DNA of 64,000 bases from positions 1-64,000 of the forward strand of contig JAVRCV020000012.1 in the NCBI GenBank assembly GCA_034530615.2, written 5' to 3'. A model generated the notes under the pieces. It was given only the letters and a program-made list of their open reading frames with translations, had not been told where the DNA came from and did not search any database. The DNA comes from Aulosira sp. ZfuVER01 (GTDB lineage Bacteria > Cyanobacteriota > Cyanobacteriia > Cyanobacteriales > Nostocaceae). Both the position numbers and the translations under genes were made by a program. The first letter of the stretch is position 1; the number at the start of each line of letters is the position of its first letter. This document shows positions 44,616 through 55,370 of this stretch, one piece after another.

Positions 44616-45356
44616 ATGCTATCTCCAACCAATTTGACACAAGATCCGGAATTTAAACTGCACTGGCAAATGACAAATTGTGAGCGTTTTGCTCTACAAA
44701 ACCTGCTACGGCGACTACAACCGAAACTCTCAGTCGAGATTGGTACATATCGGGGCGGATCGCTTCAGGTGCTCTCACACTTTTCTGAAAAAGTTATTTC
44801 AGTTGATATCGACCCTGAACTAGAGAATCGGCTCAATGGCAAATTTACCAATGTGGTATATTGCTGTGGCGATTCTCGTGAAGTGCTGCCTGAATTAGTT
44901 AGCCAACTAAACGAGCATGATGCCAAGATTGAATTTGTCCTCATTGATGGTGACCACTCAACTGCGGGAGTCCGACGAGATATCGAACTACTGCTTGACC
45001 TCAAGCCACGCCAAAGAGTCGTGGTGATTATGCACGATAGTTTTAACCCCGATTGCCGACAGGGGATGAAGACCGCAGCGTGGGATCGGTCACCTTATGT
45101 CCAATGGGTAGAACTTGATTTTATTCCTGGAATATACCATCAAGATGCTTATGATACTGCTGCTGCCCGGACTATGTGGGGTGGCTTTGCCTGCGCCGTG
45201 CTAGAGCCAATAGAACGCAAAGATGAACTCGTGATTTCGGAATCACAGCGGGGGCTATTTGAAGCGGTCTTTGCTGTTTCTGCCCATGCTAATAAAATAC
45301 TCCCAGATGCTCCAGTGAAAAGATTGCTGAAACGCTTGCGCCGTATCGTGCCATGA
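44616..45356 (+). CDS. Class I SAM methyltransferase (Methyltransf_24-like)
   Basis: VEIGTYRGGS, GDS, LIDGDH, MHD. Confidence 0.85.
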   Translation: MLSPTNLTQDPEFKLHWQMTNCERFALQNLLRRLQPKLSVEIGTYRGGSLQVLSHFSEKVISVDIDPELENRLNGKFTNVVYCCGDSREVLPELVSQLNEHDAKIEFVLIDGDHSTAGVRRDIELLLDLKPRQRVVVIMHDSFNPDCRQGMKTAAWDRSPYVQWVELDFIPGIYHQDAYDTAAARTMWGGFACAVLEPIERKDELVISESQRGLFEAVFAVSAHANKILPDAPVKRLLKRLRRIVP

Positions 45357-45415
45357 ATAATCCAGACTGGACAGATCGCGCTAAGGCAAAATTAGCTCGT
45401 ATAACAGACAGGGGA

Positions 45416-45598
45416 AGCTCAGAACAACTGAAGCAGATGGGTATAAAAGCTCACGAATATGCAACTTCTAAGCTTGATTACTCACCTGGGAAAAGCTTGC
45501 TCAAACTAGTTCTGGAAACTTCAAAAATATAATTTTATTTTATGCCACCTATTGTGAGCGTTATCATCTGTACCCATAATCCTCGTCGCAATTACCTT
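45416..45598 (+). repeat. Direct repeat copy 2 (~183 bp)
   Basis: Copy of 44246-44429 with one 1-nt deletion and a few substitutions; contains the functional start of the GT2 gene. Confidence 0.92.
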
Positions 45599-46471
45599 AA
45601 AAAAGTATTGCAAGCACTGATGGCTCAGACTTTGTCCACAGATTTATGGGAACTTTTATTAATTGATAATGCCAGCGAGCATATCCTTGCCTCAGAAATT
45701 GACCTCGGTTGGCATCCTTTATCTCGACACATTCGAGAAGAACAACTAGGTTTGACCCCCGCTCGCTTAAGAGGCATTAAAGAAGCAATAGCAGAAATTT
45801 TAGTTTTTGTTGATGATGATAATGTTTTAGACCCAGATTATTTAGAAATTGCTCTGAGAATTAGTAAAGATTATTCAATCATCGGTGTTTGGGGTGGGCA
45901 AATTAAACCTGAGTTTGAACAAGAACCCCCGGAATGGATAAAGCCTAACCTCAACAATTTATTAGGATATTTAGCTTGTAGAGAATTTTCTGAAGATAAA
46001 TGGTCTAATTTAGTACATGAATATAGAACAACACCATGTGGGGCTGGGCTTTGCGCTCGTAAAATTGTAGCTGAAAAGTATGCTGAATTGGTTAATAAAG
46101 ATCCTAGGCGAGCAGATTTAGATCGCAAGGGTAAACAACTAACTTCCTGCGGAGACTATGATTTAGCATATACAGCCTGCGATATGGGTTTGGGTACAGC
46201 ACAATTTATATCCCTTAAGTTGAATCACTTGATACCCCCTAGTCGTCTTGAAGAAGATTATATACTACATTTAATAGAACGAATAGATTATTCAATAACT
46301 ATCATGGAGTATCTCCGAGGCAAACTTCCATCTCAATCTAATTGGAGGGGGAAAATATATCAAAAATATTTACGCCTGCGATACGGTTCAAAAAGATTTC
46401 GTTTTCAAGATGCTTCCGCAAAAGGTGTTAGGCTAGCTCTAGAAGAGATTGCTAGTTGGCAAGATCAGTAA
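45542..46471 (+). CDS. GT2 glycosyltransferase
   Basis: SVIICTHNP, IDNAS, FVDDDN. Confidence 0.92.
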   Translation: MPPIVSVIICTHNPRRNYLKKVLQALMAQTLSTDLWELLLIDNASEHILASEIDLGWHPLSRHIREEQLGLTPARLRGIKEAIAEILVFVDDDNVLDPDYLEIALRISKDYSIIGVWGGQIKPEFEQEPPEWIKPNLNNLLGYLACREFSEDKWSNLVHEYRTTPCGAGLCARKIVAEKYAELVNKDPRRADLDRKGKQLTSCGDYDLAYTACDMGLGTAQFISLKLNHLIPPSRLEEDYILHLIERIDYSITIMEYLRGKLPSQSNWRGKIYQKYLRLRYGSKRFRFQDASAKGVRLALEEIASWQDQ

Positions 46472-46514
46472 ATTTATTCTAATTAATTGAAAACTATTTT
46501 TTAGGAGATTTGCT

Positions 46515-47618
46515 ATGATTTTGGAGCCTAATAAAGCTATTGTAGATATTTCTTTTAACCCGAAAAAATAGTTTGGGTTTTTTACGTTTTTTATTGGCTA
46601 TTTTAGTTGTGATACAACATAGCTATGTCTTAGGCGATTTTGGTAATGATCTATTATCATATATTAGTAAAGGAAAATCAAATTCAGGTTCATTAGCTGT
46701 ACATTGTTTCTTTATAATTAGTGGATTTTTAATAACTCGAAGCTACCTAGCAACATCAAACTTCGGTCATTATTTATGGAATCGTATATTAAGAATATTC
46801 CCAGGTTTTTGATTTTGTTTACTGACTACAGCTTTTATATTTGCTCCCATTGTATACATATATATCAATGGTAATATTAGCGGTTATCTATCAGCTAGCG
46901 ATAGTCCGTTTGGTTATATAATCAACAATCTACTCTTGTATATCAATCAGCGAGATATTGCGAACCTGATGTCCTCCCATATAGAAAAATCCTTGAATGG
47001 TTCTCTCTGGACATTAATATGGGAGTTTATGCTTTATCTGGCTATAGGAGTTTTGGTTTATTATCAATACTCAAAAAATATAGACATATTGTTTTAATTA
47101 TATTTTTAGCATTTCTCATAACATATTTTGTAGACCCATGCCATTGCACAATACTTTTGAAATTTTGGGTCATGGAAAGAAACCCACCATTAATAGTGTT
47201 ATTCTTATCTGGCTCACTTTTTTGGCTTTACAAAGAAAAAATCATTTTTAATGGAAGAATTTTTGTGGTTGTGGTGTTATTAACCTTAGTGACGTTGCCG
47301 CTAAAGTTGTTTCTATGGGTAGAACCGTTTACTTTACCATATATCATTTTTTGGTTAGCGATCAATCTTCCATTGAGTAATTTTGATAAACATGGTGACT
47401 ATTCTTACGGAATTTATATCTATTCATTTTCCATCCAGCAACTTCTGGTGCAATTTAATTTACACAAATTGGGTTTAGGTATATATTTTATGCTTTCATT
47501 ATTACTAACCATGCCATTAGCTATTCTAAGCTGGCATTTTATTGAAAAACCCTGTTTGCAGTTCAAAAGTATTAAAATTGATTCAATTAAATTCTTAGAT
47601 AAAAAAGTGAAAAAATAA
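46515..47618 (+). pseudogene. Acyltransferase-3 (OafA-like O-acyltransferase) pseudogene
   Basis: AGGAG + ATG 46515; frameshift at A6 (~46563), TGA 46810-46812, second frameshift ~47055; motifs FFIISGFLI, NRILRIFPG, NGSLWTL.WE, DYSYGIYIY, SWHFIEKP spread over frames. Confidence 0.85.
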
Positions 47619-47688
47619 AATTTGTTACTAGATATGATTACTTGTAATTTTTATTTTTCAAATAATACCATTGGTTATTATTGCCTAA

Positions 47689-49020
47689 ATGAAAGTCATC
47701 CAAACTCTCGGATGCTATTTCCCTGAATCTTCAGGGGGAACAGAAGTTTATGTAGATGGGTTAGTAAATGAACTAAACTCCCAAGGTGTAAAAAGTATTG
47801 TTGCTGCGCCTCAAACTAGTACTCAGGAAATAACCTATGAATATAATGGTGTCACAGTATATCGTTATCCTGTGTTTGGGGAACTCACCCTAGAGCAAAT
47901 TCGTGACTTGACACCCCATAGCGGTTTTGAATATTTTGCTCAATGGCTCGACCAGCAAAAAGCTGATATCTACCATCAACACTCCTGGGTAACTGGTTGC
48001 AGCATACACCACCTGCAACAGGCCAAGAAACTGGGTCTGTCTACAGTAGTAACTGTCCACGTACCTGGAAATATCTGTATGCGTGGCACAATGCTAGTAA
48101 ATGGGAAAAAAGTCTGTGATGGACACATTGAGCAAGTACGGTGTGGTAGCTGCTGGGGTATGGCGCGGGGAATACCAGCAAGTTTGGCTCCCTTAATGTC
48201 GAGAATTCCGTTATCTTTAAGCGCGATCGCTTCTTCATCATTTTCTACTAACCGTCTGGCTACAGCATTCGCAACACCTGCTTTAGTGGCGACGCATCAA
48301 AATCGCTTACAGGAAATGGTAGCGTTAGCAGACCGTGTGGTGGTTGTCTGCCAATGGCTGTATGATGCTTTAAGAATTAATGGTATTCCTAAAGAAAAAC
48401 TTGTTTTGTGTAGACAGGGAGTAGACCCAACTCTAAAAACAATACCTAATTTAAAACGAAGCATACACATGAGCCGACCTCTCAGAATAGGTTTTTTGGG
48501 ACGTTGGGACAAGATCAAGGGGATTCATGTATTAGTAGAGGCAGTGTGCCGTTTACCATTAAACGTATCAGTGGAACTGGTTATTCACGGTTTAGCACAG
48601 GGAGACGAAGGGAGAGCCTATCAACAACAAGTTTTCGCTAAAGCCGCTAACGATCCTCGCATCCGCTTTGCAGAACCGCTACCACGAGCAGCTGTGCCAG
48701 ATGCGCTTGCTAATTTTGATGTGTTAGCTGTACCATCCCAGTGGCTCGAAACAGGTCCCCTCACAGTTTTAGAGGCTCAGGCTGTAGGTACGCCAATTTT
48801 AGGTTCAGATTTAGGCGGAATAGCTGAGTTAGTGGAACATGGTGTAAATGGGTGGTTAGTTCCATCTAATGATGTAGAAGCTTGGTGTGAGGCAATTTAT
48901 TGCTTTGCAAAAGATAGGAATTTGTTAGCAAAGTTGCGCTTGGGAATTAATCCTGTGCGAACAATGAGAGAAGTGGCGTTAGAGATAGTTGAAATTTATC
49001 AGGTAATTTGCAAGTTATGA
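47689..49020 (+). CDS. GT4 glycosyltransferase
   Basis: GGTEVY, FLGRW..IKG, PSQWLETGPLTVLEA. Confidence 0.92.
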   Translation: MKVIQTLGCYFPESSGGTEVYVDGLVNELNSQGVKSIVAAPQTSTQEITYEYNGVTVYRYPVFGELTLEQIRDLTPHSGFEYFAQWLDQQKADIYHQHSWVTGCSIHHLQQAKKLGLSTVVTVHVPGNICMRGTMLVNGKKVCDGHIEQVRCGSCWGMARGIPASLAPLMSRIPLSLSAIASSSFSTNRLATAFATPALVATHQNRLQEMVALADRVVVVCQWLYDALRINGIPKEKLVLCRQGVDPTLKTIPNLKRSIHMSRPLRIGFLGRWDKIKGIHVLVEAVCRLPLNVSVELVIHGLAQGDEGRAYQQQVFAKAANDPRIRFAEPLPRAAVPDALANFDVLAVPSQWLETGPLTVLEAQAVGTPILGSDLGGIAELVEHGVNGWLVPSNDVEAWCEAIYCFAKDRNLLAKLRLGINPVRTMREVALEIVEIYQVICKL

Positions 49021-49056
49021 AGTTAGTATTTCTATTGTGCTGTTTACATTCATCCT

Positions 49057-50066
49057 GTGAGGAATTTTATGCATAACTTAATCGTGGATAACAAAAGCTT
49101 GCTAAAAGTACTGCGAAACGCAGCATGTCAAGTAGGACTTGGTAAAGCTATTGCCCAAATTCGGCTATTAAAATCTCTCACCGTCAAAGGAGCGATAGAG
49201 ATGAGTTTAGCCAAACGTCGCTACTTAACCAGAATCACAAAAGTCCGTCCTATCTCGGCGGGAGAAGGTACGATTGAAGTACATATGCTTTTGCATCACA
49301 AACGCATCTATGAAGGTCTATGGGCATTGTATTCATTCGCTTACTTTTGTGACCAACCATGTCGCATAGTAGTTCATAGTGATGGCTCATTAACTGATGT
49401 TGATGTCACCTTATTAAAGAATCTTTTCCTCCAGTGCCAAGTGATAGACCGACAGAAATCTGATTCGGTAGTGTCGAGTTATTTTCGTAATCAAGGAATG
49501 CTGAAATGCGAACAACTAAGACAGCAATATGTCCATGTAATGAAATTATTTGACCCCTTTTTTTTTGTCATAATAAGTCCTTTATTTCCTTAGATTCTGA
49601 TGTGTTATTTTTTGCTCATCCTCAAGAATTGATTGATGGTATGGGGACTGATGAAAATATGCCGGAATTCACAAATTTATATTCAGTTGATGTTGGCACT
49701 CGTTCTACATATTCTCTTCAAGAACCAGAATTAGCTAATCTATTAGGTAAAAATTGTATTGAGAAATTAAATGCTGGTGTACTGAGAGTTCGTCGGGATA
49801 ATATAGACTTTCAAAGAATAGAGCAATATTTACAGCATCCCCATTTTTGGAATCCTGACGGTACACCGGATTACTATACAGAACAAACTCTATGGGCTAT
49901 GGAGTTTAGCAATTCAAATTCCTTTTCACTACCGGATACTTATGCTATATGTCCCAAAACAGATGAACCTAAACTTGTGTCTGGACACTATTGTGGGGGT
50001 GGTTATTGGGGAAGTCTATTTTATGCTCGTGGTCTTCCTGTGTTAGCAGCAAGCTTTCTGAATTAA
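49057..50066 (+). pseudogene. Frameshifted putative DxD nucleotide-sugar transferase (split at a T9 tract)
   Basis: T9 at 49558-49566; T10 or T7 would join the 178-aa and 154-aa ORFs (T10: ...KLFDPFFFCHNKSFISLDSDVLFF...NAG...EQT). Confidence 0.75.
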
Positions 50067-50091
50067 TTAGCGTAATATCCTTATTTATGGA

Positions 50092-51054
50092 ATGTTGAAC
50101 ACTAATTCTTTGGTTTCTATTATCATACCTTGCTACAATGCAGAGCGTTTCCTTGCTCAAACAATTGAAAGTATTTTTTCCCAAACTTTTAGCAATTATG
50201 AAATCATTTTAGTAGATGATGGTTCAACAGATGGCACAGTAGAGGTAATCAAATACTTTGGAACTAAAGTCAGATCAGAATTTGGCCCCAACCGTGGAGC
50301 AAGCGCCGCTCGTAACAGAGGAACAGAATTAGCTCAAGGTAAATTCATTCAATATCTTGATGCTGATGATCTATTGCGATCTGATACTTTAGAAAAAAAA
50401 ATAAATGCTTTAGAAATAAGTGGTGCTGATGTCGCTTATACTGATTGGCAAAAGTTAGAGGAGAACGAACAGGGTAAATTTTCACCAGGTGATGCGATCG
50501 CTAGAAAAATTGAAGACATCCACCCTGACCCCCAAATTGCCTTATTCACTAATTTTTGGTCTCCACCAGCAGCTCTTCTGTATCGCCGAGAAATTGTAGA
50601 TATCATCGGAGGCTGGAATGAAACATTACCAATTATTCAAGATGCACGTTTTCTTTTAGATGCAGCTTTATTAGACGGTAAATTTATCTATGTCCCAGGA
50701 GTAGGAGCTGATTATCGTGTACATAAAAGCAACAGTTTATCTCGTCGTAGTCCTGTAGGCTTTGTCAAAGACTGCTTTCACAATAACTGCCAAATTGAAG
50801 AGTTTTGGCGGAATCATGGCGGATTAACTCCAGACCGTTGCCTGGCATTAGTAAATGGGTATGACTATACTGCTCGTACACTGTTTATGGCAGACGAAAA
50901 ACTTTTTCAAGAAAATTTACGTCGTCTTTATCAAGTAGACCCTAGATTTCGCCTCAGCTGGCCCAAAGTGGCAGGCATGATTTCAACTTTATTTGGCAAG
51001 CAAGGAGCTACTTTGCTGCTGAGGTTACTTGGCAAAACACCAGTTCATCTATAA
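50092..51054 (+). CDS. GT2 glycosyltransferase
   Basis: SIIIPCYN, VDDGSTD, YLDADD. Confidence 0.93.
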   Translation: MLNTNSLVSIIIPCYNAERFLAQTIESIFSQTFSNYEIILVDDGSTDGTVEVIKYFGTKVRSEFGPNRGASAARNRGTELAQGKFIQYLDADDLLRSDTLEKKINALEISGADVAYTDWQKLEENEQGKFSPGDAIARKIEDIHPDPQIALFTNFWSPPAALLYRREIVDIIGGWNETLPIIQDARFLLDAALLDGKFIYVPGVGADYRVHKSNSLSRRSPVGFVKDCFHNNCQIEEFWRNHGGLTPDRCLALVNGYDYTARTLFMADEKLFQENLRRLYQVDPRFRLSWPKVAGMISTLFGKQGATLLLRLLGKTPVHL

Positions 51055-51067
51055 ATAATCAGTCAAG

Positions 51068-52336
51068 ATGCAAATTACCCTAGCACATCCAGCTCCTGCT
51101 CCCTTTGTCCAGCAAGTTGGCAGAGCGCTATTTGAGGCAGGAATGTTAAGCCAGTTTGCAACTAAATTTGTAGCTAGACCAGATGCAACGTGGTTAAATA
51201 ATCTTTGCCAAGTGGCAAAACTATTTAAGCTTGACTTGGCCAAACAACTTTCACGTCGATCTGTGACTGAGTTTCCCCTATCCTTAGTGAAGGATTCCCC
51301 CTGGCACGAAGTAATTCGGATTATAGCTGAACGTGTCACTCATGATGAAATAATTGCAGATTTAATATTTCACTGGGGTAATAATGCTTTTGACCGTTGG
51401 GTTGCGAATCAGGCGCTGACAGACATTCAAGCAGTCTATGGGTATGAGTATGACTGTCTGATCACCTTTGAAGTTGCCAAAGAAAGGGGAATAGCATGTA
51501 TTTATGATGTTCCTTCCCCAGAACACGACTTTGTAGAAAATCTGATTCGAGAAGAACTGAAGATTTATCCAGAAATCGAAACACCTTATCGAAGATACTG
51601 TCAAGCTCGTCAAGAACCTCGTACCCAGCGCCGCCGACAGGAATGGCAATTAGCCGATGTAGTCATGGCTAATTCCGAGTTCACAAAGGCTTCTTATGCT
51701 GCGGCTGGTTTGGATGTCAGCAAAGTCCGAGTAGTGCCTCTAGCCGCACCACCAGTCTGTACCGAGACTTTATCCGTGAGCAATTCAGAGCCAGAAACTG
51801 TCAAATTCCTGTGGGCTGGGACATTTGGTATCCGTAAAGGAGCGCATTATTTACTGCAAGCTTGGCAAAAATTACAACCCTTTACTGGGGCACGTCTAGA
51901 TGTTTTTGGCGCGATGGAGTTACCTGCTAGTGTGCTGAAAAACTTACCAGATTCCATACATTTTTCTCAAACTGTTCCCCGTGATGAGCTATACGAAAAC
52001 TATCGTCGGGCTGATGTACTTGTGTTTCCTACCCTTTGCGACGGTTTTGGCATGGTTGTCACCGAGGCATTTGCTCAAGGATTACCAGTGATTACTACCA
52101 ATCGGGCTGGTGCAGCAGATCTGGTGCGACATGGCGTTAACGGATTGATCGTACCTGCTGGGGATGCGAACGCTCTAGCAGCAGCTTTGGATTGGTGCAT
52201 GACCCATCGATCTGAACTCAAAGCTATGCGGCAAGCAGCGCTAGATACTGCTGCTAGTTGGCAATGGTCTGATTATCGTGTGGCTCTGATTGAAAACTTG
52301 CGTGATGGATTGATAGCAGCAGGCTACAACCTATGA
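51068..52336 (+). CDS. GT4 glycosyltransferase
   Basis: RKGAHYL, DGFGMVVTEAFAQGLPVI. Confidence 0.92.
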   Translation: MQITLAHPAPAPFVQQVGRALFEAGMLSQFATKFVARPDATWLNNLCQVAKLFKLDLAKQLSRRSVTEFPLSLVKDSPWHEVIRIIAERVTHDEIIADLIFHWGNNAFDRWVANQALTDIQAVYGYEYDCLITFEVAKERGIACIYDVPSPEHDFVENLIREELKIYPEIETPYRRYCQARQEPRTQRRRQEWQLADVVMANSEFTKASYAAAGLDVSKVRVVPLAAPPVCTETLSVSNSEPETVKFLWAGTFGIRKGAHYLLQAWQKLQPFTGARLDVFGAMELPASVLKNLPDSIHFSQTVPRDELYENYRRADVLVFPTLCDGFGMVVTEAFAQGLPVITTNRAGAADLVRHGVNGLIVPAGDANALAAALDWCMTHRSELKAMRQAALDTAASWQWSDYRVALIENLRDGLIAAGYNL

Positions 52337-53571
52337 TTAAGAAACGCATCTGCTTAGTTAGTCCTGGTCATGTAGCCTCTAATCCCCGACTGGTCAAAGA
52401 GGCAAATGCTTTGGATGCTGCTGGTTTTTCAGTGCGAGTTGTTGCTGGAGACTACATGGCAGCTATTCGTTCATTAGATCAAACGATTTTGTCCCAAGTT
52501 CCTTGGTCATGCATACAGGTGGGTTTAGGCTCAAAACTAAGTTACCTGGGACTTAAACTGTGGCAAAAGTTGGCTCAAAAAGTGGTAAGTACTGGCTGGA
52601 TTCCTCACCTGTCTGTAGCGACTTGGGCACATAGTCCTATGAGTACTCAACTCGCCAAAGCAGCAGCGGCTGAACCTGCTGACCTTTACATTGCCCATTG
52701 TTTGGCTGCACTGCCAGCAGCGGCGATCGCAGCGCAAAAACATCATGCCAAACTGGGGTTTGATGCGGAAGATTTTCATGTTGGTGAATTGCCTGACATT
52801 CCAGCCAACCAAGCACAAATTCGGGTGCGCGATCGCATTGAACGGACTCTATTGCCACGTTGTCAACATTTAACTGCTGCTTCCCCAGGCATTGCTGCCG
52901 CCTATGCAAAACGTTATGGGGTAAGCATGACACCTATTCTGAATGTATTTCCCCTAGCAGAAGCCACACCCTCACCCCAGCTACAAGAAGGTGAACGTTT
53001 TGGTTCGGAGCCTTCTCTTTACTGGTTTTCCCAAACTGTTGGTCCGGGTAGAGGTATCGAATCGATCATCACAGCAATGGGGCAAATGCAAACCCGTGTT
53101 CGTTTGCATTTGCGAGGCTTTCCGGCGGCTGGTTACTCAGAAAGTTTGATGCAGTTAGCTGCAAAAGTGAGAGTGAGCGATCGCGTGCACTTACTTCCCC
53201 CTGCACCCCCAGCAGAAATGGTTCGGTTAGCTGCCTATCATGATGTAGGGTTATCTTTAGAACTAACTCAACCCCTAAATAGAGGTATTTGTTTAACTAA
53301 TAAAATTTTTGTTTATCTGTTAGCAGGATTGCCTGTATTAATGAGTCTAACTCCTGCTCAAAAAGAATTTGCTCAACAAGTAGGAGAAGTTGCCATATTA
53401 GTAGATATTAATGATTCATCTGTAGTAGCAACGGCTCTAGACAGGTTATTTTCTCAACCAGGTAACCTGGAGATTGCCCGCACTCAAGCTGGGAAATTGG
53501 GACAAGAAATTTATAACTGGGATATTGAACAAAAAAAATTTCTAAATATTGTAGTGGAAACATTATTTTAA
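52333..53571 (+). CDS. GT4-like glycosyltransferase
   Basis: NPRLVKEA, FDAEDFH, GRGIE, TNKIFVYLLAGLPV. Confidence 0.85.
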   Translation: MIKKRICLVSPGHVASNPRLVKEANALDAAGFSVRVVAGDYMAAIRSLDQTILSQVPWSCIQVGLGSKLSYLGLKLWQKLAQKVVSTGWIPHLSVATWAHSPMSTQLAKAAAAEPADLYIAHCLAALPAAAIAAQKHHAKLGFDAEDFHVGELPDIPANQAQIRVRDRIERTLLPRCQHLTAASPGIAAAYAKRYGVSMTPILNVFPLAEATPSPQLQEGERFGSEPSLYWFSQTVGPGRGIESIITAMGQMQTRVRLHLRGFPAAGYSESLMQLAAKVRVSDRVHLLPPAPPAEMVRLAAYHDVGLSLELTQPLNRGICLTNKIFVYLLAGLPVLMSLTPAQKEFAQQVGEVAILVDINDSSVVATALDRLFSQPGNLEIARTQAGKLGQEIYNWDIEQKKFLNIVVETLF

Positions 53572-53620
53572 GGCATTTTAAAACATAAATTTAGAAACAC
53601 TGAAGATTTAAATAGAATAT

Positions 53621-54331
53621 ATGTTTATCAAAGCTAAACTTCGTGAATACTTAGCAAAGCGTTTAGGAGTTCCTGAAATCCCTTTCGCACTCCAACGTCT
53701 TGATAAAGTTGCTTTTCAGCCAAACTACATTTTTGATGTGGGAGCATACAAAGGTGATTTTACCTTGTCTTGTCTGCAAGTTTGGCCTAATGCTAAAATC
53801 GCTTGTTTTGAAGCTTTAGAAGAACGAGTTAATCAACTCAAGTCTATTGCCTCTAATAATTCAAATATCCAGGTTTTTCCAGGATTATTAGGTGCTCAAA
53901 CACTTGATGAAGTACCACTTCATGAGGCAGAAACAGCTTCTTCTATCCTAGTGGAACATATTAGCCAAAACTTTTCTGTAACGTTTCATCCAATGTGGAC
54001 TGTAGATCAAATTGTTAACGAAAATTTCAGTGATCGCAGTCCTGACTTACTAAAACTTGATGTTCAAGGCTATGAACTGGAAGTATTGAAAGGAGCGGAA
54101 AATTCTCTTCCAGGAATACAAATGATATTAGCAGAAGTCAATTTGTTGGATATACATCAAGATGTACCTTTATTAGCAGAAGTAATCTCATGGCTAAGTG
54201 AACGCGATTGGGTAGCTTACGATATTTGTGGTTTAACTCGTCGCCCTCTCGATCAAGCCCTTTGGCAAGCAGATTTCATATTTGTACCGAGCCATAGTCC
54301 TCTGCGTAGCGATAAGCGTTGGGCTGCATAA
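53621..54331 (+). CDS. FkbM-family methyltransferase
   Basis: FDVGAYKG, LLKLDVQGYELEVLKGA, QADFIF. Confidence 0.92.
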   Translation: MFIKAKLREYLAKRLGVPEIPFALQRLDKVAFQPNYIFDVGAYKGDFTLSCLQVWPNAKIACFEALEERVNQLKSIASNNSNIQVFPGLLGAQTLDEVPLHEAETASSILVEHISQNFSVTFHPMWTVDQIVNENFSDRSPDLLKLDVQGYELEVLKGAENSLPGIQMILAEVNLLDIHQDVPLLAEVISWLSERDWVAYDICGLTRRPLDQALWQADFIFVPSHSPLRSDKRWAA

Positions 54332-54338
54332 AATAAAA

Positions 54339-55367
54339 ATGAGAATTTTACTATCTGTTGATCCGGAAATACCAGTACCACCTAAACTCTATGGTGGTAT
54401 TGAACGCATTGTTGATCTCTTAGTCACTGGGCTGCAAGCTAGAGGACATAAAGTTGGACTAGTAGCTCACCCTGATTCTAATTCACCTGTGACTGAATTT
54501 TTCCCTTGGGTAGGCAGGCGATCGCAGAATATCTTTGATACAATCCAAAACACAATTTTTCTTTGGTCAGCAGTTCAGCAATTCCAACCTGACTTAATTC
54601 ACAGCTTTTCGCGCATTCTCTACCTATTGCCTCTACTAAACTCACGACTTCCTAAAGTCATGTCTTACCAACGCCACCCCAACAGAAAGACTACTAACTG
54701 GGGAGCAAGGCTAGGGCAAGGTTCTCTTACCTTCACAGGCTGTAGCGACTACATTTGTGATCTAGGTAAGGCAAATGGTGGCAATTGGCACACTATTTAC
54801 AACTGCGTCGAGCTAGAAAAATATAATTTTGTACCAACAGTTGCAGAGGATGCGCCGTTGGTATTTTTGAGCCGCGTAGAACGAATTAAAGGAGCGCATA
54901 CAGCTATCGCAGCCGCTCGCAAAACTGGACGGCGTTTAGTTATTGCTGGCAACTACGCTACTACTGGAGAAGAAGGACAGTATTGGCAAGAAGAAATAGT
55001 TCCTTATCTGGGAAAAGACGGCATTGAATACGTTGGTCCAGTAAACGATATTCAGAAAAATAAACTACTGGGACAAGCTGCTGCAATGATTGTACCTATT
55101 GAATGGCATGAACCTTTTGGCATTGTCTTTGTTGAGTCACTTGCCTGTGGTACTCCTGTGATTTCTTGTCCTCTTGGAGCATTACCAGAAATTTTGCGTC
55201 CCGATATTGATGGCTATTTAGTTAACAGTATGGAAGAGACTTGTACTGCAATTCAAAATTTAGCCAATATCGACCGCAAAAACTGCCGTCAACGAGTGGA
55301 GCAATGCTTTTGTGCATCTTTAATTGTTGAAAAATATGAAAATTTGTACTACAGCCTGATAAACTGA
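54339..55367 (+). CDS. GT4 glycosyltransferase
   Basis: VPPKLYGGIER, WHEPFGIVFVESLACGTP. Confidence 0.92.
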   Translation: MRILLSVDPEIPVPPKLYGGIERIVDLLVTGLQARGHKVGLVAHPDSNSPVTEFFPWVGRRSQNIFDTIQNTIFLWSAVQQFQPDLIHSFSRILYLLPLLNSRLPKVMSYQRHPNRKTTNWGARLGQGSLTFTGCSDYICDLGKANGGNWHTIYNCVELEKYNFVPTVAEDAPLVFLSRVERIKGAHTAIAAARKTGRRLVIAGNYATTGEEGQYWQEEIVPYLGKDGIEYVGPVNDIQKNKLLGQAAAMIVPIEWHEPFGIVFVESLACGTPVISCPLGALPEILRPDIDGYLVNSMEETCTAIQNLANIDRKNCRQRVEQCFCASLIVEKYENLYYSLIN

Positions 55368-55370
55368 CTA

